From an uncultured virus (IMG/VR IMGVR_UViG_3300008261_000008) (Duplodnaviria; Heunggongvirae; Uroviricota; Caudoviricetes): a stretch of 64,000 bases of DNA. The stretch is taken from IMG/VR virus record IMGVR_UViG_3300008261_000008; one strand, given 5' to 3'. A program made the position numbers and the translations under genes. Below the pieces are notes generated by a model. That model ran no database searches. It was not told the DNA's origin and saw only the letters and a program-made list of their open reading frames with translations. Of the stretch, positions 1-9,744 are shown in pieces; position 1 is the stretch's first letter; each line of letters opens with the position of its first letter.

Positions 1-1147
1 CATCAATGACTATCTGACTTCCACCACCACCAACAACAAATCCACTTAAAAGAACTCTTCCACCAGTGAAAGAAGTTGCAGTTGTATCATATTGAGTAAT
101 TGCATCTGGGTTTGCGTGATCAGTAAATGCTGCACCGACTAGAGTTGGGTTCTCAACTAGTCTCCAGAAGATGTTAGTATTATCATTAGTAGATACTTGA
201 AGTGACCTTGGAATTACAACACCACTCAACATATTTGATTTAAGACGAATACTAAGAACTGGATAATAAGTATTCGCAACAGACATCGTAGTTCCAGTAA
301 GAGCATTGCCCTGACTGACAAGAGTTCCAAGTTTTTCTGGTTCTCCTTCCTGAATAAGAGAATTAGAACCCTGATAAAGGTAATGAGTTCCTGCAACACC
401 AGTTACATTTTCAATTTCACAACGAATTGGTAGGAATGGAGTAGAACACCAAACATATGGATTGGTATTTGAGTTATCAAATGTATGACTATGAATTGTT
501 TCATTCTTCATTAACCAATTAAACTGAACAATTCCTGCACCATACCATTCATAGTTAATTGAAATCATTTGTTGTTTTGTTGGATCTGCAACAACACCTG
601 TATATCCATCACCACCAAACTTTTCACCATTCCAATTATCTCTGGTTACTCTAGTTTCTGTAGTAATTCCAGATGTACTACTGCGAATTACATATGAATA
701 TGTTCCACCATCGTCCTCAAAGTATGCACCGTTATAGTCATCAAACAGTCCAAATCTTCTGCGAATTCCTACCTTTGGTTCTTCAAGACGAATAGCAAAT
801 GCAAGAGTTGCACCCCTACCAGGAATGTATCTCATTACAGTCCTAGTTTGACGAATGACTTTACTCCCTGCAGTAGATCCAACTTGCATCACTACATTAC
901 TGGATGATGCGTTGTGATATGCAGTTCCAACTCCAACTATTCTTTCATCCCATACATCACTCTCTTTTCCGTACTGGAAAGTATTAAAGAAGACTGTTTG
1001 GTACGGAGCAACTTTAAGTCTGTTGTTATTAGAAAACTGAGGTCTCCAGTCTGTCTGGTTTCCCCAGTGATCTGCAATATTAAAAACTTCAAAGAGACTT
1101 CTCTCTTGATTTAGATAGTCCTGTTCATTCTTATTCCACTGAGCCAT
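1..1147 (-). CDS. conserved cyanophage hypothetical, probable virion structural protein (3'-truncated by window edge; not in ORF track)
   Basis: ATG at 1147 overlaps upstream TAA (TAATG). Manual translation MAQWNKNEQDYLNQERSLFEVFNIADHWGNQTDWRPQFS... stays open to base 1; beta-rich composition. Confidence 0.8.
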   Translation of the reverse strand, partial: MAQWNKNEQDYLNQERSLFEVFNIADHWGNQTDWRPQFSNNNRLKVAPYQTVFFNTFQYGKESDVWDERIVGVGTAYHNASSSNVVMQVGSTAGSKVIRQTRTVMRYIPGRGATLAFAIRLEEPKVGIRRRFGLFDDYNGAYFEDDGGTYSYVIRSSTSGITTETRVTRDNWNGEKFGGDGYTGVVADPTKQQMISINYEWYGAGIVQFNWLMKNETIHSHTFDNSNTNPYVWCSTPFLPIRCEIENVTGVAGTHYLYQGSNSLIQEGEPEKLGTLVSQGNALTGTTMSVANTYYPVLSIRLKSNMLSGVVIPRSLQVSTNDNTNIFWRLVENPTLVGAAFTDHANPDAITQYDTTATSFTGGRVLLSGFVVGGGGSQIVID

Positions 1148-1464
1148 TATTCACTCCAAGATAGTCTTTCTGGTTGATACCTCTGAGTATTCTTAATTTT
1201 TAAAGAACTTTGAGATTGTGATGGATAAATGTTATGAACGATTGCTCCAGGATACTCACTCTGAAGTTGTTCAGCGAGAGCGTTCTTATCCATCATAGAA
1301 CCCTCTACTTCCAAACGATACATCTTTCCTTCCCAAACTACATCAGCAAAGAAAGACTCTCCTACTGGTTCTGATTGTGGTTCGGAACCATTGATATAAA
1401 GGTTTCCGTTGAAGTCACCAGCAATGTTAATTGCTTCCGATAAAAATTGATTGAATGATTTCAT
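1147..1464 (-). CDS. hypothetical protein with T4 capsid-targeting-like N-terminus
   Basis: 105 aa, begins MKSFNQFLSE; translationally coupled to both neighbours. Confidence 0.75.
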   Translation of the reverse strand: MKSFNQFLSEAINIAGDFNGNLYINGSEPQSEPVGESFFADVVWEGKMYRLEVEGSMMDKNALAEQLQSEYPGAIVHNIYPSQSQSSLKIKNTQRYQPERLSWSE

Positions 1465-3800
1465 TAGTTACAGTTCCAACGACGAAGGGCTTTGTTGATT
1501 CTTGAATCTGGATCTCGTGCAGTTTCTGCACTAGTTAGTCTCTTTTTCATACCTTCCATTCTGCGGCAAAAGGACTTACGGCGTTCAGCCCTTTTGCCCG
1601 CAGGCTTTTTTTCAGTTACTGCAGTCTGAAGTTTTGAACCTGGATTTTCACGACGATAAGCATCTACAGCTTTCTGACTGAGACCATCGGTTTTATCTTT
1701 ACGATTAACTGACTGCCAATCTTCCTTAACTCCAATCATCACAATCGGATTTCTAACTCCAGCGGATCTCATCTTAGTTTTTGTTAGATTTACTTTAGTT
1801 GGTAAATCTCTCATATCCTTTTTTGGAGTTTCATTCTCTTTTTCGTCACATCCACAACCTTCACTCATGTTTGGATTGATTTGAATTTTATTTTTCTTTT
1901 TAGAAACATCAATTACTTTTTTTTTATCCGTTGCAGAGGAAAAATCTTCTACTTCAAATAAAAAATCTTTTCTCCAATCATGGAGTTCTTCTTTTGTGAC
2001 TTCTTTTTTATTTTGTTTGTTTAGTTCTCTTTTTGTCTTTGCAATTTTAAATGCAGCTGCGCCCAATTGAACTCCACCTTTAACCATCTTACCAATATTA
2101 CTTGCAACTTTAGTTGCAGCTGCACCTTCGGTATCTTTAGTAGATATTTTTTGATATTCTGGTCTATCTACAGATTTTTTGGATGATTCAATTTTTTGTT
2201 CTAGTTCTCTTTTTCTATTTTTTTCTGCTTCCTTTTTCTTTTTTTCTAGAGCCTCAGCTTTTTTCTGAGCTCTCATTTTATCTTCCCTTTTAGTTCTTTC
2301 TTTTCTAGCTTCAGCTTTAGAAGCGGCCTTTTCTCTTTCAGTTTGTTGAAGAATTTTTGCAGCTTTTACTCTCGTGGCACCCCTAACTCTCTCAGCTCTT
2401 TCTACCCCAGTAACTTTTCGTTTACCTTTTTCTGGTTCTTCCTCAGTTTCTTTAGGCTTTTTTGATTTTTTATTGTCATCGTCTCCACGAATATCCGCAA
2501 GAAGATCGTCAAGTTTACCTTCACTTAATGGAGAAAATTCTAGGATCATTCTATCAACTAAAGATAACTCTTCTTTAGTCTCCTCCTTTTTTTCAGGGAG
2601 TCCTGCATGTTTTGTCTTTGCAAAATCTCTTGCAGATTTCTTAGTCATTCCCTCTGCAGCCTTTGCAACCTCTGGAGAAGCAGGAGTTTCACCTTTCTTA
2701 GCAGCATAAACCATACCCATGAATCTCTGTTGAGCTCTACTTAGAGACTTCTCTGTAAGATATCCCTCACCCATTGCCTTCTGTTTACGAAGTTTCTTAG
2801 GATTCTTTGTCTTGTCTGCAGAGTAGTTATTATCATCCTCATTATCAGGATCTACAGCACTACGATGTCTTGTGCGTCTTTCCTCATCATCCATGTTTGC
2901 ACGACTTCTCTTTGCTTCATCTGGAGAATACTTTCTACCACTGTTGTACCATTCCTTACCTACATGACCTCTCTTCTCAGCATCAGCAGAAGCTTCTCTA
3001 CGCTTATTCTTCTGACGATTTGCTTTGAAATCTTTCATGGTCATACCTTCTTCGATTTCAGTCTCTTCTTTTTTCACTCCTCTTCTCTCTTCATGTTCAG
3101 CTCTACGAGCCCTTTGTTGACCTCCACCTAATGCAAGGGCACCACTTGGATTGTCATATCTTGCAAGTCTTGCTGCAGATCTCTTATGTTCTGGAAGTTT
3201 CTTATCTGCCTTACCTTCATCAACAAGGTCGCCTTCGGGTTCATAAGATTGACGAAGTTGTTTCATTGCATCGTTAAGTGCATTGTTACGTTTTTGCATT
3301 CCATATGCAGCACCAGCAATACCTGTTCCAGGATTTTTAATCTGTTTTCCTTTATTTGCAGCATCTACTCCAGATTTCGCAGCATCTTTAGCTCTCTTAA
3401 TTGCAGCACCAGCAGCAAGAGCTCCACCAAGAGCAAGTCCGCCAGCAATTAGTGGTGCAATCTCATCAATCTGTTCTACTTCTTCTTTCGCTTGAATAAT
3501 CTTACTTCTTACCTTTCTGCGATTTAAAAGATATTTGTCAGTCTTATCATGATCTCCATCATTATCAATATCCTTATCTTCTTGACCAACAGCATCCAGT
3601 TGTTTCGCTTCTTCTACTTTCTTCTTCTTGTCTGCAGCAATGGCAGCTCCAACAGTAGCTCTCCTCTTCTTAAGATAACTATCAGAACTATCGGAATCAC
3701 CATCATTATCCACATCGTCATCTTCATGACCAACTGGATCCAGTTTTTTAGCTGTTTTAGCTTCTGCAACAATACGTGAAAATTTTTCCCAACTAGACAT
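1464..3800 (-). CDS. large highly charged modular late protein (probable internal head polyprotein)
   Basis: 778 aa, K/E/R-rich. Two DxDNDGD repeats, KNPKKLRKQKAMGE module, KSLSRAQQRFMGMV module, C-terminal GLSQKAVDAYRRENPGSKL module. Late promoter at 3827-3833. Confidence 0.7.
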   Translation of the reverse strand: MSSWEKFSRIVAEAKTAKKLDPVGHEDDDVDNDGDSDSSDSYLKKRRATVGAAIAADKKKKVEEAKQLDAVGQEDKDIDNDGDHDKTDKYLLNRRKVRSKIIQAKEEVEQIDEIAPLIAGGLALGGALAAGAAIKRAKDAAKSGVDAANKGKQIKNPGTGIAGAAYGMQKRNNALNDAMKQLRQSYEPEGDLVDEGKADKKLPEHKRSAARLARYDNPSGALALGGGQQRARRAEHEERRGVKKEETEIEEGMTMKDFKANRQKNKRREASADAEKRGHVGKEWYNSGRKYSPDEAKRSRANMDDEERRTRHRSAVDPDNEDDNNYSADKTKNPKKLRKQKAMGEGYLTEKSLSRAQQRFMGMVYAAKKGETPASPEVAKAAEGMTKKSARDFAKTKHAGLPEKKEETKEELSLVDRMILEFSPLSEGKLDDLLADIRGDDDNKKSKKPKETEEEPEKGKRKVTGVERAERVRGATRVKAAKILQQTEREKAASKAEARKERTKREDKMRAQKKAEALEKKKKEAEKNRKRELEQKIESSKKSVDRPEYQKISTKDTEGAAATKVASNIGKMVKGGVQLGAAAFKIAKTKRELNKQNKKEVTKEELHDWRKDFLFEVEDFSSATDKKKVIDVSKKKNKIQINPNMSEGCGCDEKENETPKKDMRDLPTKVNLTKTKMRSAGVRNPIVMIGVKEDWQSVNRKDKTDGLSQKAVDAYRRENPGSKLQTAVTEKKPAGKRAERRKSFCRRMEGMKKRLTSAETARDPDSRINKALRRWNCN

Positions 3801-3825
3801 TTATCTGTAAAAAATACTGCTAGTT

Positions 3826-5088
3826 TTATTTATTCTTTTTGCCTCTACGAAACTTATCGTAAATAGATGCAATCTTAACACCGGTATAACTTTTAACTTC
3901 TTGTCCTGGAGTTAATGATTGGAGATACTCCCTATATTCATCTGTACCGATTTCATGGGGGTGTTCAGTGAGATCTTTTAACCAAGACTTGAACATAACT
4001 CCGTCTTCAGTTACACAAATGACATAGTTAGTTCCTCTACGAATTACTTCACCTCTAAGGCCTGTATTCATATTTTCAACGATAGATCCAACTTCATAGA
4101 TGTGATCAACTAGGTATGCATCTCTAAGACCCTCTTCATCAAATTTAGGTGCAACTTCCCAAATTTCCGTCTGTTCATTAATTCCCATAGATCTACGAAG
4201 AACATTAAAAAGTTCCATCTTTTCAGTGTTACCCAGAGTATCAGGAACACCTTTCGCAAACTTTTTAAAGTCACCTTCTGCTGCAGCAAGACGAAGTTTT
4301 GAAGCAGACATTCCTGTTACATCATCAGAGTCTGGATCTCTTTCTCCTGCAGAAACTACTTCAAGTTGATCATAATTATAAAGTTCCCCATTATACTTAT
4401 GACTCAAACCTTGAAACTCTCCGAGTCGGTCTTGGCCCACCATGATGATCATATTATTATGACCTTCTTGATTTGCACCCGTCAATACATTAAAGATTGT
4501 TTTTGCTCCCTTGTCGTCAATAATACTATCTGCATAATCTGGGAACATCTGACGCATATATGAAATCTTCATTTGTGGAGTCAAAGGATTTTTCTTAGCA
4601 TCATGAGAACGAGAAGGATAAACTCTCAATTCATATCCTCTCTTATCAGCTTCCTTTGCAGCACGATCTAAAAGTTTTTGATGACCAATTGTTGGTGGAT
4701 TAAATCTACCAAACACCACAACAACTCCTGGAGTTTCTGGAACTGGTACTTCTGCAGGTTGTTCTTCTGTCGCTGGTGCAGATTGTTGTTCTGGTGAAAC
4801 TTGTTGAGAATTTTGTGTCTGTTGTGGGGAGGGTTCTTGAACAACAGACTGAGTTGCAGTCTGTTTAGATGAGATTGATTTAGTACTTGGTTGAGATGGG
4901 GAATCTTTTTGTCCTGGAATATTATCACTACCAAAGAACTTTAATTTACCAGCCACAGTTTTTGCAACAAACTCACCATTTTTGTCATACCATCCGCCAT
5001 GACCATCTCCGGTCAAACCAAGTCTCTTGGCTTCTGTAGATGCAGAAGTTTCTCTAGCTTCAGTGAGGAACTGCGTGAAATTCTTCAT
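3826..5088 (-). CDS. cytidyltransferase-like nucleotidyltransferase (HxGH/TxGH Rossmann family)
   Basis: VVFGRFNPPTIGHQKLL and GMSASKLR motifs; core cyanomyophage gene; starts MKNFTQFLTE. Confidence 0.85.
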   Translation of the reverse strand: MKNFTQFLTEARETSASTEAKRLGLTGDGHGGWYDKNGEFVAKTVAGKLKFFGSDNIPGQKDSPSQPSTKSISSKQTATQSVVQEPSPQQTQNSQQVSPEQQSAPATEEQPAEVPVPETPGVVVVFGRFNPPTIGHQKLLDRAAKEADKRGYELRVYPSRSHDAKKNPLTPQMKISYMRQMFPDYADSIIDDKGAKTIFNVLTGANQEGHNNMIIMVGQDRLGEFQGLSHKYNGELYNYDQLEVVSAGERDPDSDDVTGMSASKLRLAAAEGDFKKFAKGVPDTLGNTEKMELFNVLRRSMGINEQTEIWEVAPKFDEEGLRDAYLVDHIYEVGSIVENMNTGLRGEVIRRGTNYVICVTEDGVMFKSWLKDLTEHPHEIGTDEYREYLQSLTPGQEVKSYTGVKIASIYDKFRRGKKNK

Positions 5089-5128
5089 TATTAATTGAGT
5101 TAGGATTCCTTAACCATAAAGGTATTTA

Positions 5129-6199
5129 TTATTTTTCCTTCGGTGCATAGGCCGCAGGACCGGCTTCAACATAGAATTTTAATTCTTTAATTTGAAAATC
5201 TTCCCCACTTCCTGCAACTCTTTTTTTAAATCTTAATTGAAACAATTCCTTGTTTAATGGCTTAATAATAAATTTTAAATTATCTCCACTTTTTTGTACA
5301 TCTATTGAGGATGTTTTTTGTTGAAGTTCATTTATATAATCAACAGTAATTTCTTTTATTTTTGTTTTGTCAATATCAACAACATTAGCTAAATCCGAAC
5401 CAAAAGTCATAGATTTAAATAGTTCAAAAGCCTGATCCTTAAAAGTAGAATTCCTAGAAGCATCTTCAAGAGATTCTAATGTCTCTTTATACAATTCTTT
5501 AATAGTGTCTACTTTTAATTTCTTTTCTAAAGGGGTTCTTGCTTGTGCAAGTTGTTCTCCTAATATTTTTCTATATTTTGTTTCATTTGGAAGTGAGACT
5601 CCGAATCTTTTTACAATGTCCATCATCCCATTAAAAGGACTAAGATTAGCCAAAGTTTTACTTCCAGACTTTAAAGAAAAACTCAATGTTCTATCAAGTT
5701 GTTTCTTACCATTCATAGTTACGGAAACTTCCAAATCTCCCTTTATATCTCCACCAGAAGATTCTCCAGCAATACCGTCAGCATTAATAACAATATCAAC
5801 AGTATCAGATTTATTATTTTTAAGATAACTATCCTTAGTTCTTTTTATCAGATCTTGATAATGTGTTTTGGTAAAAGTAATTAAATTATCTATTTTTCTA
5901 TCAATATTTCCTACATCTGAACTTTTTTCATAGAGTGGTGCATAGTTGGGTCCAAATGCCATATTCGTTGATTCATATTTTAATCTAATAATCAATGTAA
6001 CTTTAATTTGATCCTGAGGACGACCATCTTTAAATTCTCTTACTACTATTTCAGATCTACCATTCTTAAAAATACCAGGATCTATTTGTCTTCTCCACCT
6101 ATTAACATTCGATTTATTAATCGTACCATTTGCAAACAATTCGGCAAGACAGATGGCAAATACGCCCTCCATCACATCTCCTTCATTTAATTTTGCCAT
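5129..6199 (-). CDS. hypothetical protein, possible PD-(D/E)xK nuclease fold
   Basis: 356 aa, AT-rich; N-terminal EGDVMEG helix, KGDL...SFSLKSG motif. Confidence 0.5.
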   Translation of the reverse strand: MAKLNEGDVMEGVFAICLAELFANGTINKSNVNRWRRQIDPGIFKNGRSEIVVREFKDGRPQDQIKVTLIIRLKYESTNMAFGPNYAPLYEKSSDVGNIDRKIDNLITFTKTHYQDLIKRTKDSYLKNNKSDTVDIVINADGIAGESSGGDIKGDLEVSVTMNGKKQLDRTLSFSLKSGSKTLANLSPFNGMMDIVKRFGVSLPNETKYRKILGEQLAQARTPLEKKLKVDTIKELYKETLESLEDASRNSTFKDQAFELFKSMTFGSDLANVVDIDKTKIKEITVDYINELQQKTSSIDVQKSGDNLKFIIKPLNKELFQLRFKKRVAGSGEDFQIKELKFYVEAGPAAYAPKEK

Positions 6200-6206
6200 A
6201 GGTACT

Positions 6207-6237
6207 AAAAAACCCTTCCAAATATTTATGGAAGGGT
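6207..6237 (-). terminator. intrinsic terminator enclosing late promoter core CATAAATA
   Basis: Minus strand ACCCTTCCA-TAAATATT-TGGAAGGGT-TTTTT; 9-bp perfect stem. Confidence 0.8.
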
Positions 6238-6242
6238 AATAA

Positions 6243-6422
6243 TTATTTTTTACTCACTGCAGATTCCATCGCCGAATCTAAGTTAGTAATTACTTCACGA
6301 AGATTAAAGATCCTTTCTGGAATTGCATGACCATTAGTATAACCTTTTTGAGCATCAACAAGAGACATCAAAACTATTCCCGCTTCCTCAAGACTCATTT
6401 CAAGAACTACTTTAGTACTCAC
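6243..6422 (-). CDS. small hypothetical protein (59 aa; not in ORF track)
   Basis: GTG overlaps mazG TGA; translates VSTKVVLEMSLEEAGIVLMSLVDAQKGYTNGHAIPERIFNLREVITNLDSAMESAVSKK. Confidence 0.7.
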   Translation of the reverse strand: MSTKVVLEMSLEEAGIVLMSLVDAQKGYTNGHAIPERIFNLREVITNLDSAMESAVSKK

Positions 6423-6826
6423 AGATCATCCTCCGAACGATTTTCAGAATAATAAACATCAAAAGATCCCCCTGGATAACGTTTCTCAAGTTTAGTTACG
6501 TTACGAGCAACAACTTCATCAATAGTAACTTCAAGTGCCATGCAAGCTTGTGCAACATACCACATAATGTCACCAAGTTCAATAATCAAATGTTCTTTAT
6601 TATCTACATTCCAGGGTTTACCTTGGAAAATCATTTTCTTAATAATTTCCAAAAACTCACCACCTTCAGCATTGATACCAACACCAGCAGTAAGCAGTCG
6701 TTCAATATTGGCACCTTTTTCATCAAGTTCTACAAGACGATTGGAAAGGGCAAGGAAATCAGTAGATGCGTCGGAGGTTACTGCATCAACAAATTGTGTA
6801 TATTTGTTAAAATCAACTTTACTCAT
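6419..6826 (-). CDS. mazG: MazG nucleoside triphosphate pyrophosphohydrolase
   Basis: GINAEGGEFLEIIKK...ELGDIMWY...KLEKRYP motifs. Confidence 0.93.
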   Translation of the reverse strand: MSKVDFNKYTQFVDAVTSDASTDFLALSNRLVELDEKGANIERLLTAGVGINAEGGEFLEIIKKMIFQGKPWNVDNKEHLIIELGDIMWYVAQACMALEVTIDEVVARNVTKLEKRYPGGSFDVYYSENRSEDDL

Positions 6827-8208
6827 TAGAATTTAAATCCCTCGAATGATTTTTTAGGTCCAGTTTTCTTTTCCTCATAAGTATACTCCTCTTCTTGTCC
6901 AGAGTCAAGTATGTCAGCTTGAGCACTCTGTTCACAATCATAGAGTCGCATCTTTGCACGATCAATACCAACAACGAACCTTTTATTGATGGTAGGATCA
7001 TTATAACGATTCTTCAATTGTTTCACCATAATCTGACCCAACTCTTCAAGTTCTTCAGTACCAATAAGAGCAAACATAAGGTCTGCAGTAGCAGGAAGAC
7101 CGAAAGATTCGGAAGTATCAGTTAGTTCAACATCAGAAGATCCATAACCACTTCTGGTAGTTTGTGTTGCACTCACAATAGGTAGATTGAACTCCACTGC
7201 AAGACCACGAAGTTCTTCGGCAATAGCTTTAATATAAGAATAAGAATTGACTGAAAGATTTCCCTTATACCTAGAAGAGGCACAAATATTAAGATAGTCA
7301 ATAAAAATAATATCAGGTTTGAATGACTTCTTAAGAGCAAGTTCATTCAACAATGATTTAAAGTGACCACTGTGAGCAGATGCAGTAGGATACTCTTTAA
7401 TAATCAAAGTACCCTGAGTTTTCTTAGCAATATTACTAACTTTATTCTCGAACATCTGACGAGGAAGATTAGTAATCTCTTGGATATTCACATTCAAAAG
7501 ATTCGCATCAATCCTTTCCGCAATTCTCTCTTCAGCCATCTCCATAGTAATATAGAGAACATTGCGACCTTGTAGGAGAGTAGAAGCAGCAAAGTGACAC
7601 ATGAATAGAGACTTACCAACACCAGTGCCTGCAAGAGCAATGTTGAGAGTTTTGTTAGGAAGACCACCCTTTGTAATACGGTTGAAGAATTCCAAATCGA
7701 AAGGAATTTTGTCTTCTTTCTGGTGGTAGAATTCATATCGTTCTTCATAATCATGAAGATAATCGTGACCTACGTTTGTATCAAAACTAACTGCAAGTGC
7801 ATCGGAAAGAATAGATGGAATTGCATCTTTAGACTTCTTGGAATCCTTACCATCAACGATCGCAATAGATTCCATCAATGCCAAATAAATGGCTTTATCA
7901 CGACACCACTTTTCAGTAGTATCACACAACCAAGATGTATCTAGGAGAGATTCTTCGAGATTGAAAATATATTCAGTAACTTCTTTATACGAGTTTTCAT
8001 TTAGATCAGTACGATTCTCAATCTCAACATGAAGAATTTCTTTTGTAGGAAGTTTATTATAATTAAAAATAAACTTACAGATCTCCTCAAAAACTACTCT
8101 CTCAGCGTAATCTGTAAAGTATTCAGTTCTGATGAAAGGCAAAACCTTCCTAGAATATTCTTCATTAAATGCGAGACTCCTGAGAATAGTAGTTTCAACC
8201 CTTTCCAT
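6826..8208 (-). CDS. gp41: DnaB-like replicative DNA helicase
   Basis: Walker A AGTGVGKS, IFIDYLNI, SATQTTR, KQLKNRY. Start taken at MERVETT (coupled to upstream stop). Confidence 0.96.
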   Translation of the reverse strand: MERVETTILRSLAFNEEYSRKVLPFIRTEYFTDYAERVVFEEICKFIFNYNKLPTKEILHVEIENRTDLNENSYKEVTEYIFNLEESLLDTSWLCDTTEKWCRDKAIYLALMESIAIVDGKDSKKSKDAIPSILSDALAVSFDTNVGHDYLHDYEERYEFYHQKEDKIPFDLEFFNRITKGGLPNKTLNIALAGTGVGKSLFMCHFAASTLLQGRNVLYITMEMAEERIAERIDANLLNVNIQEITNLPRQMFENKVSNIAKKTQGTLIIKEYPTASAHSGHFKSLLNELALKKSFKPDIIFIDYLNICASSRYKGNLSVNSYSYIKAIAEELRGLAVEFNLPIVSATQTTRSGYGSSDVELTDTSESFGLPATADLMFALIGTEELEELGQIMVKQLKNRYNDPTINKRFVVGIDRAKMRLYDCEQSAQADILDSGQEEEYTYEEKKTGPKKSFEGFKF

Positions 8209-8747
8209 TAGTAATAGTGACAATAAGTGGACATAATATACTTGACTCCTTTATTGACTCGCAATCCCGCATGAGGGTACTGCCAAGTAGGAGGAAACAC
8301 CATAACTGATCCTTGTTTAGGAACAATCTTTTTATTGTGATGAGGAAACTCAGTTTCACCACCAGTGAAATCATCATTCAGATAATACAAGAAAGCTAGA
8401 TATCTTCTTGCAGATGCGTGATCTTCAACATCAACATGAATATCAAACCTATCATGACTTCTGGAATGATATTTCTTAATACGAAACTCTTCTAGAAAGA
8501 GTCGTGGTGGATACCATCTAGTGTAATCCGAGAACTCTTTTTTGTAAAGGTTAAGTACACCCATAGTAACTTGAGATAGTTGTTTAGCACTATCTGGATG
8601 TTTTTGATTAATATTCAATTGTGTAAAATTAGGGGTTCCTTTGTTATTAACGATTTCTTTATATCCACTAAGATCAAAGAGATCAATCAAGGTCTTACAT
8701 GTTTCTTGGGGTAGAACATTTTCATAGACCTTGATAAAATCATCCAT
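8208..8747 (-). CDS. 2OG-Fe(II) oxygenase (prolyl 4-hydroxylase-like)
   Basis: HxD (IHVD), YLNDDFTGGET, FPPTWQYPHAG, KYI motifs; probable start MDDFIK. Confidence 0.9.
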   Translation of the reverse strand: MDDFIKVYENVLPQETCKTLIDLFDLSGYKEIVNNKGTPNFTQLNINQKHPDSAKQLSQVTMGVLNLYKKEFSDYTRWYPPRLFLEEFRIKKYHSRSHDRFDIHVDVEDHASARRYLAFLYYLNDDFTGGETEFPHHNKKIVPKQGSVMVFPPTWQYPHAGLRVNKGVKYIMSTYCHYY

Positions 8748-9744
8748 AACAAAACTCTTTCTGAGCAATCTCATCTAAAGCCTGCATTACTTCTGGAGTA
8801 AAATATTCTTCTGGATTTGCAAGGATTTGTTTTGCGTAAATCTTTTTACCATCCATCTCGTAACGACCCGCAACATTTTTCCAGAGTCCGCCGAGTTCCC
8901 CGAGTTCCAGAAGACCATAATAACGATCAAGACCGCGCTCATCATAAAATAGACGGATTTCAACGTCTTTGTTCTCCTTACTCAAACGAGATTTAGCAGT
9001 CTTAGCTTTGATAATGTTTCCAACGACTTCTGTTCCATCCTTCTCTTTTTTCTTTGAGAGATAAATGATAGTAGAAGCGGCGTACTTAAGACCACTACCA
9101 CCACCCATCTCTTTAGTAGGAACGTAAGCACCGATGACATCATAAGTGTGATTAGTAACTAACATTGGAATATTAGCTTGTCCGAGTTTGAGAGTGATCA
9201 TACGGAAAGCACCTTTGACCAGTTGAGATTTGGTCATGTCACGAACTTGTTTATCGTTCAGTGCATCAGTAATTTCTTTCTCAGTGGAAAGCATCCCCAG
9301 AGAGTCTAACACAAACATACACGGTTTACGTTCTCCTTCAGGTTTTTTTAAGTATAGGTCTACTGCTTTGAGAGCCTTTCCACGAAATTCCTCTACGGTG
9401 ACAACATTAACCACGACAAGACGTGATGTGTCGATGCCGCGTGACTCCACGAGAGATTTAGTAATGGCAGCCTCAGTATCAAAGTAGAGACAATAACCAT
9501 CGGGGTTAGTATCAAGAAAATTCTTAACCACAGCGAGAGAGAAGAAAGTTTTTCCAGTAGAAGACTCTCCAGCAATAGCAGTAATCTTATTCCCAGATAC
9601 ACCACCAAATATGCTACCTGAAACCAGTGCATTAAAAACGTATGAACCCGTGTCAACATAAGTTTCTGTTTCATCAATGTCTGAAGCAAGTTTGGTGTAC
9701 TCGCCTCCAATTTCTTTTACGATATCTTTAAGAAAATCCATCAA
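8740..9744 (-). CDS. uvsX: RecA-like recombinase UvsX
   Basis: AGESSTGKT, YFDTE, VLDSLG, MGGGSGLKYAAS. Confidence 0.96.
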   Translation of the reverse strand: MMDFLKDIVKEIGGEYTKLASDIDETETYVDTGSYVFNALVSGSIFGGVSGNKITAIAGESSTGKTFFSLAVVKNFLDTNPDGYCLYFDTEAAITKSLVESRGIDTSRLVVVNVVTVEEFRGKALKAVDLYLKKPEGERKPCMFVLDSLGMLSTEKEITDALNDKQVRDMTKSQLVKGAFRMITLKLGQANIPMLVTNHTYDVIGAYVPTKEMGGGSGLKYAASTIIYLSKKKEKDGTEVVGNIIKAKTAKSRLSKENKDVEIRLFYDERGLDRYYGLLELGELGGLWKNVAGRYEMDGKKIYAKQILANPEEYFTPEVMQALDEIAQKEFCYG

